Assembly (NCBI GenBank): GCA_037916975.1
Contig: JBAIWX010000150.1
Coordinates: 3,643 to 67,642, forward strand
Direction of reading: 5' to 3'
Origin: Gemmatimonadales bacterium
GTDB lineage: Bacteria > Gemmatimonadota > Gemmatimonadetes > Gemmatimonadales > GWC2-71-9
DNA length: 64,000 nt
This document shows, one piece after another, positions 52,113-61,671 of this stretch (positions within the stretch are counted from its first letter, which is position 1; each line of letters starts with the position of its first letter). Made by a program: the position numbers and the translations under genes. Below the pieces are notes generated by a model. The model did no database searches. It was not told where the DNA came from and saw only the letters and a program-made list of their open reading frames with translations.

Positions 52113-53461
52113 GCGACATCGCCGAGCGCGAGCAGCTGGTCGGGGAGCACGTCGCGCTGGTCCGCGCGGGCCGGCTCGACGAGTTCGCGCGGCGCGCCGC
52201 CGAGCTCGCCCCGGTGGACCTCGCGGACGTCCTGGCCGCGCTCGAGGACGACGAGCGCGTCACCGCCGTGCAGGCGCTCCCGCCGGAAGTCTCGAGCCAG
52301 GCGCTGGTCGAGATGCCGGAGGAGGAGCACCCCGAGGAGACCCTCGCCGCGCTCGACCCGGGCCAGGCGGCGGAGATCGTCGAGGAGCTCGCCGACGACG
52401 ACGCGGCCGACATCCTCGGCGAGCTCGAGCCGGCGGAGCAGGAGCGGATCCTCTCCGAGGTGGAGGACGAGGATCGCGCCGAGGTGGAGAAGCTGCTCGT
52501 CTACGACGAAGAGTCGGCGGGCGGCCTGATGACCACCCGCATGGTGACCGTGCCCGACACGGCCACGGTGGGGGCGGCGCTCGACGAGGTCCGGCGGCAG
52601 GCGGAGGAGCTCGAGGACTTCTACGAGGTGTACGTCGTGGACGCCCGGCGCCACCTCATGGGGACGATCTCGTTCCGGGCGCTCGCGACCAACGCGCCGG
52701 CGCGGCCGGTGCGGGAGCTGATGGAGGAGCCGGCGGAGACGGTGGGGCCGGAGACCGACCAGGAGGAGGTGGCGCGGGTCATGGCCCGCCACAACCTCGC
52801 CGCCGTGCCGGTCGTGGACGAGGACCGCCGGCTCCTGGGCTGCGTCACCTTCGACGACGTGACCGACGTGGTCGAGGCGGAGGCGACGGAGGACATCCTC
52901 AAGTTCGGCGGCACCTCGCCGGACGAGGAGCTCGGCGGCAGCTGGCTCGCCGCGGTGCGGAGCCGGCTCCCCTGGCTCTACGTGAACCTCGTCACCGCGT
53001 TCCTCGCGGGCGCCGTGGTCTACGCCTTCAAGGACGTCGTGGCCCGGATCGTGGTGCTCGCCGCCTGGCAGCCGATCATCGCGGGGATGGGCGGCAACGC
53101 CGGCACGCAGGCGCTCGCCGTCACGGTGCGCCGGCTGGCCCTCGGGCTCATCTCCCCGAGCGAGTTCAGCCGCGTGGTGGGGAAGGAGATGGTCGTGGGG
53201 CTCATCAACGGCCTCGCCAACGGCCTCGTCGTCGCGCTGGTGGCGGTGCTGCTCCACCAGGGGCCGATGCTCGGGCTGGTCGTCTTCCTCGCGATGGCCG
53301 GCAACCTCCTCGTCGCGGGGTTCGCCGGCGGCTTCATCCCGATCCTGCTCGAGCGGTTCCGGGTGGACCCGGCGATCGCCTCGTCCATCTTCGTCACGAC
53401 CTTCACCGACGTCTGCGGCTTCTGGCTGCTGCTCGGGCTCGCGAGCACGCTGCTGCTCTGA
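52109..53461 (+). CDS. mgtE: Magnesium transporter MgtE
   Basis: Acidic MgtE N-domain, a CBS pair and a TM domain with IIAGMGGNAGTQ. The GTG overlaps the upstream stop (GTGA). Confidence 0.9.
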   Translation: MSDIAEREQLVGEHVALVRAGRLDEFARRAAELAPVDLADVLAALEDDERVTAVQALPPEVSSQALVEMPEEEHPEETLAALDPGQAAEIVEELADDDAADILGELEPAEQERILSEVEDEDRAEVEKLLVYDEESAGGLMTTRMVTVPDTATVGAALDEVRRQAEELEDFYEVYVVDARRHLMGTISFRALATNAPARPVRELMEEPAETVGPETDQEEVARVMARHNLAAVPVVDEDRRLLGCVTFDDVTDVVEAEATEDILKFGGTSPDEELGGSWLAAVRSRLPWLYVNLVTAFLAGAVVYAFKDVVARIVVLAAWQPIIAGMGGNAGTQALAVTVRRLALGLISPSEFSRVVGKEMVVGLINGLANGLVVALVAVLLHQGPMLGLVVFLAMAGNLLVAGFAGGFIPILLERFRVDPAIASSIFVTTFTDVCGFWLLLGLASTLLL

Positions 53462-53486
53462 GCCCGCGACCGAGGACCGTCCCGCG

Positions 53487-55163
53487 ATGCTGGTGCCCAA
53501 GCTGGCCACGACCCTCCGGGGCTACACCCGCGCGCAGTTCGCGGCGGACGTCGGCGCGGGCGTCATCGTCGGGATCGTCGCCCTCCCCCTCGCCATCGCG
53601 TTCGCGATCGCGAGCGGCGTCCCGCCCGAGCGCGGGCTCTTCACGAGCATCGTCGCCGGCTTCCTCGTCTCCGCGCTTGGCGGCTCGCGCGTGCAGATCG
53701 GCGGGCCGACCGGCGCGTTCGTCGTCATCGTGTACGGCATCGTCCAGAAGTACGGCTACGACGGCCTCGCGGTGGCCACGATCATGGCCGGCGTGCTCCT
53801 CGTGGCACTGGGCGTGGCCCGGCTCGGCGGCGCGATCAAGTTCATCCCGCACCCGGTCATCACCGGGTTCACCTCCGGGATCGCCGTCATCATCTTCAGC
53901 GGGCAAGTGAAGGACCTCCTCGGGCTCCGCCTCGCGGCGCTTCCCGCGGACTTCGTCGGCAAGTGGCGCACCTACCTCGGCAACGTCGGGGCGGTCTCGC
54001 CTGCCGCGCTCGGCGTGGGCCTCGGGACGATCGCGATCCTGCTCCTGTGGCCCCGGATCCGCACGCGGGTCCCGGGGCCCTTCGTCGCGCTCGTCGCGAC
54101 GACCGTCGTGGTGCACCTCGCGGGCCTCCCGGTCGAGACGATCGGCAGCCGGTTCGGCGAGATCCACGCCGCGCTCCCGGCGCCGCGGCTCCCCGCGATC
54201 GGGTGGGACGACCTCGCCCGGCTCGTCCAGCCCGCCTTCACCATCGCGATGCTGGGCGGGATCGAGTCGCTCCTCTCCGCCGTCGTCGCGGACGGGATGA
54301 TCGCGAGCCGGCACCGGTCCAACATGGAACTCGTGGCGCAGGGCGTGGCGAACATCGCGTCGCCGCTCTTCGGCGGTATCCCGGCCACCGGGGCGATCGC
54401 CCGCACGGCGACCAACGTCCGCAACGGCGGGCGCACCCCCGTGGCGGGCATGGTCCACGCCCTCTTCGTCCTGCTGGTGGCGCTCTTCTTCGGCCGCTGG
54501 GCGGCGCTCATCCCGATGGCGACGCTCGCCGGCATCCTCGTCGTCGTCGCCTACCACATGAGCGAGTGGCGCACCTTCCGCGCGCACCTGCGTGCCCCGC
54601 GGAGCGACGTGCTGGTGCTGCTCGTGAGCTTCGTCCTGACCGTGCTCGTGGACCTCACCGTGGCGGTCGAGGTCGGGCTCGTGCTCTCGGCCTTCATCTT
54701 CATGAAGCGCATGAGCGACGTGACCGACGTGCAGGCCATCAGCGCGGAGTTCAGCGACGACGAGGACGTGGAGGCCGAGGCGGCCCGGGCGCGCGGGCGG
54801 GCGCTTCGCGTGCCGGCCGGCGCCGCGGTGTACGACATCAACGGCCCGTTCTTCTTCGGGGCCGCCGAGACGTTCAAGGACGCGATGCTCGGCACGGGCT
54901 CGCGGCCGCGGATGCTGATCCTGCGCATGCGCCGGGTGCCGGTGGTGGACGCGACCGGCATCAGCGTGCTGCGCGACGTGCTCCGGCGCACCCGCGCCGA
55001 GGGGACCGGCGTGATCCTGGCCGGGGTGCAGCCCCGCGTGCGCGAGGCGCTGGCGCGCGCGGGCGTCGAGGGGGAGGTGGGCGCCGAGCGGTTCGTGGAG
55101 ACCTACGCGGAGGCGCTGGCGCTGGCGGAGCGGCTCCTCGCCGCGCCCGCGCACGCCGCGTGA
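53487..55163 (+). CDS. SulP family anion transporter with C-terminal STAS domain
   Basis: 558 aa with GVIVGIVALPLAIAFAIASG, GGSRVQIGGPTGAF, ITGFTSGIAVIIF and C-terminal STAS (VYDINGPFFFGAA...VILAGVQPRV). Confidence 0.88.
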   Translation: MLVPKLATTLRGYTRAQFAADVGAGVIVGIVALPLAIAFAIASGVPPERGLFTSIVAGFLVSALGGSRVQIGGPTGAFVVIVYGIVQKYGYDGLAVATIMAGVLLVALGVARLGGAIKFIPHPVITGFTSGIAVIIFSGQVKDLLGLRLAALPADFVGKWRTYLGNVGAVSPAALGVGLGTIAILLLWPRIRTRVPGPFVALVATTVVVHLAGLPVETIGSRFGEIHAALPAPRLPAIGWDDLARLVQPAFTIAMLGGIESLLSAVVADGMIASRHRSNMELVAQGVANIASPLFGGIPATGAIARTATNVRNGGRTPVAGMVHALFVLLVALFFGRWAALIPMATLAGILVVVAYHMSEWRTFRAHLRAPRSDVLVLLVSFVLTVLVDLTVAVEVGLVLSAFIFMKRMSDVTDVQAISAEFSDDEDVEAEAARARGRALRVPAGAAVYDINGPFFFGAAETFKDAMLGTGSRPRMLILRMRRVPVVDATGISVLRDVLRRTRAEGTGVILAGVQPRVREALARAGVEGEVGAERFVETYAEALALAERLLAAPAHAA

Positions 55164-55248
55164 CCGCCGCCTTGCTCCCGTCGGGGAGTGGCGGCAGCTT
55201 TCCGCTCCCGTGCCGGCCCGGCGCGGGACGCGACGCAAGGAGGACGAC

Positions 55249-56433
55249 ATGGCGACGATGACGCTGGCGCGCGGGCGCGCGAAGGGGACGGGAACGGTGG
55301 ATGCGGCGCTCCGGCGCCTCACGGCGTTCGAGGCCGGCACCCACCGGGTCGTCAGCTGCTACCTCAAGCTCGAGCCGCGCGACCGCGTGCGTGGCAAGTA
55401 CCTGATCAAGCTCAAGAACCGCGTGCGCGACCTGGAGGCGGTCCTCCCGCGACTCGGGCTCGAGCGCACGGTGCAGGAGGAGGTGTCGAGGGACCTGGCG
55501 CGCATCCTCGCCTACCTCGGGTCGCCCGGGAACCTCCCATCGGCCAACGGCATCGCGCTCTTCGCCTGCGGGCCGAGGAAGCTCTTCGAGGCGGTGCCGC
55601 TGCCCTCGGTGCACCGCTCGCGCCTCGCCGTGGACCGGACGCCGCTCGTCCGCGAGCTGGTGGCCGTGCAGGAGGAGTTCGGCCGGCTCTACACCGTCGT
55701 GATGGACCGGACGTCCGCGCGGATCTTCGCGGTCACGGCGGACGCCGCGCGCGAAGTGTCCTCGCTCGTCTCGGCCAGCACCCGCGGCGGCCGCTACCGG
55801 GGCGACCAGGACGGCCCAGGCTGGGGCGAGCACAGCTACAACAACCGCATCCGGGAGGAGCGCCAGCGCCACGCCGATTCGGTGGCCCGGGAGCTCTACA
55901 CGCTGGACCGCCGGGAGGCGGCGCACGGCATCGTCCTTGCCGGCCCCGGGGCCGACGCCGGCGTGCTCGCGCCGTTCCTGCACCCCGACCTGCGGGGCCG
56001 GCTGTTCGGGACGGTGAAGCTCAACCCGAAGGAGCTGAGCCCGGCCGCGGTGCACGCGGCGACGCTCGAGGTGCGCGCCGCCGCCAAGCGCGAGGAGGAG
56101 CGCGCGCTCGTCGCCGAGGTGCGATCCAAGGTCGGCGAGCGCTGGGCGGTGAACGGCATCGCGGAGACGCTCAGGGCGCTCGCCCGCGGCCAGGTCCGTA
56201 CGCTGCTGGTGGACGCCGACGCGGCGGAGCCCGGCTACCGCTGCAGCGCGACCGGGCGGCTGGTCCTCGACCCCGCCGACGCGCGGGGCGAGGGCGAGGC
56301 GCTGCCGGTCGTGGACGTGGTGGACGAGGCGATCGAGGACGCGCTCCGCCAGCACGTGCCGATCAACGTCGTCTTCGAGCCGGAGGCGGCGAAGAAGCTC
56401 CGCGGGCTCGCCGGGTTGCTGCGCTTCCGGTGA
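55249..56433 (+). CDS. eRF1/Pelota-fold protein (bacterial aeRF1-like, baeRF / Vms1-type family), no GGQ
   Basis: A strong AAGGAGG lies 5 nt before ATG 55249. There are three eRF1/Pelota-like blocks. The central block is YTVVMDRTSARIF followed by the loop STRGGRYRGDQDGPGWGEHSYNNRIREE at the GGQ position. The second is IVLAGPGADAGVL (GPG motif as in Pelota/eRF1). The C-domain block is NGIAETLRALARGQVRTLLVDAD, ending GLAGLLRFR. This resembles Rv2629-type proteins as I recall them. Confidence 0.55.
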   Translation: MATMTLARGRAKGTGTVDAALRRLTAFEAGTHRVVSCYLKLEPRDRVRGKYLIKLKNRVRDLEAVLPRLGLERTVQEEVSRDLARILAYLGSPGNLPSANGIALFACGPRKLFEAVPLPSVHRSRLAVDRTPLVRELVAVQEEFGRLYTVVMDRTSARIFAVTADAAREVSSLVSASTRGGRYRGDQDGPGWGEHSYNNRIREERQRHADSVARELYTLDRREAAHGIVLAGPGADAGVLAPFLHPDLRGRLFGTVKLNPKELSPAAVHAATLEVRAAAKREEERALVAEVRSKVGERWAVNGIAETLRALARGQVRTLLVDADAAEPGYRCSATGRLVLDPADARGEGEALPVVDVVDEAIEDALRQHVPINVVFEPEAAKKLRGLAGLLRFR

Positions 56434-57113
56434 TCCCGCGCGCGGTCCTCTTCGACGCGGGGAACACCCTCATCTTCCTCGACTACGGGCGGCTTGCCGC
56501 CCGGGTCGGGGAGGCGCTGGCCCTGCCGCTCTCCGAGGCGGCGCTCCGGGCCGCGGCCCCGGCCGCGGCGCGCGCAATGGAGCAGGGAGCGCTCACCGAC
56601 CGCGAGCGGGGGCGGCGGTTCCTCCTCGCCCTCTTCGCGGGCGCCGGCGTGCCCGCCGAGCGCGAGGAGGAACTCGCGGCGGTGCTCCTGGCGCTGCACC
56701 ACGAACGGCACCTCTGGGGCAGCGTGGAGGCCGGCACCGCCGAGGCGCTCGAGCGCCTCCGGGCGGCGGGGCTCCGCCTCGCCGTCGTGTCCAACAGCGA
56801 CGGGCGTGCCGCCGCCGCGCTCGCCGCCGCGGGGCTCGACGGTCACTTCGAGTTCGTCGTGGACTCGGGCGAGGTGGGGATCGAGAAGCCCGACGCCCGG
56901 ATCTTCCATCACGCCCTCGACCGCCTCGGCGTCGGCGCCGGCGAGGCGCTCTACGTCGGTGACCTCTACGAGGTGGACGTCGTCGGGGCGCGCGCCGCCG
57001 GGATGCGCGCCGTGCTGGTGGACCCCGCCGGCGGCGCCGGCGTGCGGGACGTGCCGGTGATCCGCGCGGTCCGCGAGTTGCCCGACCTCCTGCTCGCCGG
57101 CCGCGCCGCGTGA
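56430..57113 (+). CDS. HAD-superfamily hydrolase (subfamily IA-like)
   Basis: Motif I AVLFDAGNTL, motif II LAVVSNSDG and motif IV LYVGDLYEVDVVGA. The GTG overlaps the upstream stop (GTGA). Confidence 0.8.
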   Translation: MIPRAVLFDAGNTLIFLDYGRLAARVGEALALPLSEAALRAAAPAAARAMEQGALTDRERGRRFLLALFAGAGVPAEREEELAAVLLALHHERHLWGSVEAGTAEALERLRAAGLRLAVVSNSDGRAAAALAAAGLDGHFEFVVDSGEVGIEKPDARIFHHALDRLGVGAGEALYVGDLYEVDVVGARAAGMRAVLVDPAGGAGVRDVPVIRAVRELPDLLLAGRAA

Positions 57114-58840
57114 GCCGCCGCCCCGACCCCGCCGCCCGGGAACCCATGCCCCGCGCCGACTCGACGCCCGCCCCGAAGACGGGGCGCCTCCGCGCCCTGA
57201 CCGACCAGTACCTCGCCCTCGCGGCCACGCTGCGGGAGGGCGGGGGCGCCGCCCGCGTGCGGAAGATGCACCAGCAGGGGAAGCTCGGGCCGCGCGAGCG
57301 CGTCGAGCGGCTGCTCGACCCCGGGGCCCCCTGGCTCGAGGTGGGGCTCCTCGTGGCGCACGACCGCTACGAGGGGCAGGCGCCCGGCGCCGGCGTGATC
57401 ACCGGCGTCGGGGTCGTGGAGGGGCGCGAGGTGGTGGTCGTCGCCAACGACGCCACGGTGAAGGCGGGCAGCTGGTGGCCGGAGACGATCACCAAGATCC
57501 TCCGCGCGCAGGAGATCGCGATGCGCCAGCGCATCCCGATCATCTACCTCGTGGACAGCGCCGGCGTGAACCTGCCGTACCAGGGCGGCGTCTTCCCCGG
57601 CCAGTACGGCGCGGCGCGGATCTTCTACTACAACTCGCTCATGCGCCGCTACCTGCGCGTCCCCCAGGTGAGCGCCGTCATGGGCAGCTGCATCGCCGGC
57701 GGCGCGTACCTGCCCGCGCTCTCCGACGTGATCTTCATGGTGGACGGGACGAGCTTCATGGGCCTCGGCGGGCCGAACCTCGTGAAGGGTGCCACCGGCC
57801 AGACGGTGGACGCCGAGTCGCTCGGGGGGGCGCGTACCCACACCGAGCGGAGTGCCGTCGCGCACTATCGCGCCGCCAACGACGCGGAGTGCCTCGCGCA
57901 GCTCCGCGCCTACGTCGGCCGGCTCCCGCGCGTCGGGGGCGTCCGGCACGCCGTGACCGAGCCGCAGCCCGCCGCGCGGCCCGCCGCCGACCTCTACGAC
58001 CTCCTCCCGCACGACCACCGCCTCTCCTACGACGTGCACCAGGTGCTCGCCTGCCTCCTCGACGGCGGGCGCCTGGAGGAGTTCCAGCCGGAGGTGGCCA
58101 GGGAGATGCTCTGCGGCCACGCGCGGATCGGCGGGTGGCCGGTGGCGGTGATCGCCAACGCGCGCGGGGTGATCAAGGGGCGTGCGGGCGAGCGCCCCCG
58201 CTTCGGGGGGATCGTCTACACGGAGAGCGCGGAGAAGGTCGCGTACTTCATCGAGACGGCGAACCGCGAGCGGCTCCCGCTCCTCTTCGTGCAGGACGTG
58301 AGCGGCTTCATGGTGGGGCCCGACGCCGAGGAGTCGGGGATCATCCGCGCGGGCGCGCACTTCGTCGAGGCGATGGCGACCGCGACCGTGCCGAAGCTGG
58401 TCCTCACCACGAACCACGCCTCGGGCGCCGGGTACTACGCCATGGCGGGCCAGGGCTTCGACCCCGACTTCATCCTCTCGTGGCCCACGGGCCGGATGGC
58501 GGTGATGGAGGGCGAGTCGGCCGTGATGGCGGTGCACGGCCCCGCGATCGAGGAGGCGCAGCGCGCGCGCGCGACGCTCGCCCCCGAGGTGCAGGCCGCG
58601 CAGAGGTCCGGCGCCCCGGTCCCCGAGGAGCTCCGGCAGGCGGTGGATGAGATGCGCGCCGACTACGAGCACCAGCTCGACGCCCGCTACGCCGCGGCCC
58701 GCGGCTTCGTGGACGCCATCGTCACCCCGGAGGAGACGCGGGACGCGCTCGCCTTCCTCCTCCGCGTCACCGCCAACTGGGCCGGGCCGCACCTCGGCCC
58801 GTTCGTCCTCCCTTCGCTCGACGTGCCAGGAGCTCCCTGA
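57110..58840 (+). CDS. Acyl-CoA carboxylase carboxyltransferase (beta) subunit, methylcrotonyl/propionyl-CoA carboxylase type
   Basis: VVVVANDATVKAGSWWP, MGSCIAGGAYLPALSD and GGIVYTESAEKVAYFIE. The GTG overlaps the HAD stop. ATG 57146 is an alternative start. Confidence 0.85.
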   Translation: MSRRPDPAAREPMPRADSTPAPKTGRLRALTDQYLALAATLREGGGAARVRKMHQQGKLGPRERVERLLDPGAPWLEVGLLVAHDRYEGQAPGAGVITGVGVVEGREVVVVANDATVKAGSWWPETITKILRAQEIAMRQRIPIIYLVDSAGVNLPYQGGVFPGQYGAARIFYYNSLMRRYLRVPQVSAVMGSCIAGGAYLPALSDVIFMVDGTSFMGLGGPNLVKGATGQTVDAESLGGARTHTERSAVAHYRAANDAECLAQLRAYVGRLPRVGGVRHAVTEPQPAARPAADLYDLLPHDHRLSYDVHQVLACLLDGGRLEEFQPEVAREMLCGHARIGGWPVAVIANARGVIKGRAGERPRFGGIVYTESAEKVAYFIETANRERLPLLFVQDVSGFMVGPDAEESGIIRAGAHFVEAMATATVPKLVLTTNHASGAGYYAMAGQGFDPDFILSWPTGRMAVMEGESAVMAVHGPAIEEAQRARATLAPEVQAAQRSGAPVPEELRQAVDEMRADYEHQLDARYAAARGFVDAIVTPEETRDALAFLLRVTANWAGPHLGPFVLPSLDVPGAP

Positions 58841-61671
58841 TGTCGCGTGTCGCGCGCACCGCGCTCCCCGCGGTCGCCCTCCTCGCCGCCTGCGCCGGTG
58901 GCGCGGGCGGACCCGCGCCGACCCCGGCCCCGGCGCCGGCTCCCGTGGCGGCCGCGCCCGTGGCGGGCGGGACGGCGGTCACGACGCCCGCCGCGCCAGC
59001 GCCGCCGCCGGTGCCCGCGCGGCCCGAGCCGCGACCGGTGGCGCCGCCCGACGTGGCCTTCCGGGCGGGGTGGATGCCGCTCGCGACGACGGGCGTGGAC
59101 GAGTTCCGGCGCGCGCACCCGACCTGGGACGGGCGCGGGGTGCTCATCGCCATCCTCGACAGCGGCCTCGATCCCGGCGTCGCGGGCCTCGAGAGCACGA
59201 GCACCGGCGACCGGAAGGTCCTCGACCTGCGCGACTTCTCCCGCGAGGGGCGGATCGCGCTCGCGCGCGTGCGCCCGGTGGGTGACTCCCTCCCGGTCGG
59301 CGGCCGCTGGCTCCGCGGCGCGAGCCGCGTCGCCGCCCTGGACGCCGCCGGGCCCTGGTACGCCGGCACCCTCGACGAGCTCCCGCTCGGCGATCCCGCC
59401 GCCGCCGACCTCGACGGCGACGGCCGCGCCGACGGCCGCCTGCCGCTCGTCGTCGCGCACGCGAGCGACGGCTGGGTCCTCCTCGCCGACACCGACGGCG
59501 ACGGCTCGCTCGCCGGCGAGCGGCCGGTGCACGACTTCCTCGTGGCCCGCGAGACGCTCGCCTGGTCGCTCGGCGGACGGCCGCCGCGGCTCAACCTCGC
59601 CGTCAACCTCGCGGATTCCGCCGGCACCCCGGTCCTCGACCTCTTCTTCGACACGAGCGGCCACGGCACCCACGTGGCCGGCATCGCCGCGGGGCACGAC
59701 ATCTACGGCGTGCGGGGCTTCGACGGCGTCGCGCCCGGGGCGCAGCTCCTCGGCCTCAAGATCGCCGACGATGCGCAGGGCGGCATCTCGACCGACGGCA
59801 GCATGCTGGCCGCGATGGACTACGCGATCCGCTTCGCCGAGGCCCGCCGGCTCCCGCTCGTCATGAACATGAGCTTCGGCGTGGGGAACGAGCGGGAGGG
59901 GACCGCGCGGATCGACCGGCTCGTGGACTCGGTGCTCGCCGCGCACCCGGACGTCGTCTTCACCATCAGCGCGGGCAACGACGGTCCCGGCCTCTCGACC
60001 CTCGGCTTCCCGGGCTCGGCGACGCGCGCCATCGGCGTCTCCGCCGTCTTCCCGGGCGTGTTCGCGCAGGAGGGGCCCGGCACGCCGGACGTGATCGCCG
60101 ACTTCAGCTCGCGCGGCGGCGAGTTCGCGATGAGCCTCGCCACCCCGGGCGTGGCCTACTCGACCGTCCCGCGCTGGGACACCGGTGGCGAGCGCGAGGG
60201 GGGCACGAGCATGGCCTCGCCCCACGCCGCCGGCCTCGCGGCGCTCCTGCGCTCCGCGCTCGCGCAGGCGAAGGTCGCGGCGGACGCGTGGACGATCCGG
60301 CAGGCGCTCATGGTCACCGCCCAGCCGCTCCCCGGCGCCACGCCGCTCGACCAGGGCACCGGCGTCCCCGACGTGCGTCGGGCGTGGGCGTGGCTCGCGC
60401 CCGGCAGGACCGTGCCGCACGTGTCGGTGCGCGCCCTCGGCGGCACCGGGGTCACGGCCGCCTTCCGGCCCGCCGGCCTCCGCGCGCCGGGGGACACGCT
60501 GCAGGCGTTCGTGCTCCGCCGCTCGGCGACCGGGCCCCTGCCGCTCCGGCTCCGGAGCGACGCCACCTGGCTCGTGGCGCCGGCGACGGTCACCTGGGCC
60601 GGGGATTCGGCGGTCGTGACGTTCCGCTACCGCCGCAGCGCGCTCGCGAAGCCCGGGGTGTACACGGCGACCGTCAGCGCGTGGCCCGCCGATTCGACCC
60701 TCGGGCCGGTCGCCCGGCTGGTGAACACGATCGTCGTGCCGCACCCGGCTGCGCCGGTGACGCTCGCGGACGTGACCGTTCCCGCTGCGGGCGTCGTGCG
60801 GATCCCGTTCCGCACCGAGCGCGGCCGTCCCGTCAACGTGGCCGTGCATGCCGGCGGCGACGTGGGCGTCACGGCGTTCCTGCACGAGCCCGGCGGCATG
60901 CCCTATCGCGACGGGCACAGCCAGCCGGCGATGGGCGAGCAGGCCGCCGAGTTCCTGCTCACGGCGGACGAGGTGCCCGACGGCACCTGGGAACTGGTCC
61001 TGCAGGGCTCGGCGATCGCCGAGGCGCATGCGCGCGTGCGCCTCGATCCCGCTCCCGTGCGTGCGGCGGTGGCCGTGCGCGACGGCGCGGCGGACGCGAT
61101 CCTCAGCGGACAGCCCGGGGCGAGCGGGATGGCGGTGCTCGCCCTCGTGGGCGCCACGCGCACGCTGCGGGTGGAGGCGAGGCCGGGGGAGCGGCCCCGC
61201 GTGCCGCTCGAGATCCCTGCGTGGGCGCGCGGCGTGCAGGTGGACGTCGCGATGGACCCGGCGCAGTGGAGCCGGTTCACGGACTTCGGGGTCACGCTCT
61301 TCGACAGCGCGGGCCGGCAGCTCGAGAAGTCGGCGCTCAACTACGCCTTCGGGCGCCTCGACTACCAGCGCGGCCCCGTGCGTGCGGTGACGCACGCCGA
61401 ACTGGTCCTGTTCCCCGGGCTCGCCGACGCGACCGAGCGGGCGCCCTGGCGCGCCGACCTGACCGTCCGCTTCCTCGCCGACTCGATGGTGCGCGCCGCG
61501 CCGGCGCAGGGCGAGGGAGAGTGGCGCACCGACGAGGGCGGGCATGCCACGCTCCGGTTCGAGCGCCCCGCCGCCCCGTGGCCGATGCCGGAGGGGGCGC
61601 GCGGCTTCGCCCTGCTGTTCCTGCCGCGCGAGGAGGGGATCCCCTGGATCACCGAGGTCGTCCTGCCGTGA
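58840..61671 (+). CDS. Subtilisin-family (S8) serine protease lipoprotein, tripeptidyl-peptidase-II-like
   Basis: Lipobox ALLAAC followed by a Pro/Ala linker. The triad is AILDSG (Asp), TSGHGTHVAG (His) and GGTSMASPHAAG (Ser). The insert between Asp and His carries two DxDxDG loops (DLDGDGRAD, DTDGDGSLA). A ~480-aa C-terminal extension follows. Confidence 0.85.
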   Translation: MSRVARTALPAVALLAACAGGAGGPAPTPAPAPAPVAAAPVAGGTAVTTPAAPAPPPVPARPEPRPVAPPDVAFRAGWMPLATTGVDEFRRAHPTWDGRGVLIAILDSGLDPGVAGLESTSTGDRKVLDLRDFSREGRIALARVRPVGDSLPVGGRWLRGASRVAALDAAGPWYAGTLDELPLGDPAAADLDGDGRADGRLPLVVAHASDGWVLLADTDGDGSLAGERPVHDFLVARETLAWSLGGRPPRLNLAVNLADSAGTPVLDLFFDTSGHGTHVAGIAAGHDIYGVRGFDGVAPGAQLLGLKIADDAQGGISTDGSMLAAMDYAIRFAEARRLPLVMNMSFGVGNEREGTARIDRLVDSVLAAHPDVVFTISAGNDGPGLSTLGFPGSATRAIGVSAVFPGVFAQEGPGTPDVIADFSSRGGEFAMSLATPGVAYSTVPRWDTGGEREGGTSMASPHAAGLAALLRSALAQAKVAADAWTIRQALMVTAQPLPGATPLDQGTGVPDVRRAWAWLAPGRTVPHVSVRALGGTGVTAAFRPAGLRAPGDTLQAFVLRRSATGPLPLRLRSDATWLVAPATVTWAGDSAVVTFRYRRSALAKPGVYTATVSAWPADSTLGPVARLVNTIVVPHPAAPVTLADVTVPAAGVVRIPFRTERGRPVNVAVHAGGDVGVTAFLHEPGGMPYRDGHSQPAMGEQAAEFLLTADEVPDGTWELVLQGSAIAEAHARVRLDPAPVRAAVAVRDGAADAILSGQPGASGMAVLALVGATRTLRVEARPGERPRVPLEIPAWARGVQVDVAMDPAQWSRFTDFGVTLFDSAGRQLEKSALNYAFGRLDYQRGPVRAVTHAELVLFPGLADATERAPWRADLTVRFLADSMVRAAPAQGEGEWRTDEGGHATLRFERPAAPWPMPEGARGFALLFLPREEGIPWITEVVLP

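Noticed and set aside
58870-59050. Repetitive Pro/Ala-coding DNA (PAPTPAPAPAPVAAAPVAGG...PAAPAPPPVPARPEPRP) as a possible tandem repeat or contingency locus.
   Set aside because: It is an imperfect low-complexity linker following the lipobox of the S8 protease, not a unit-length DNA tandem repeat.
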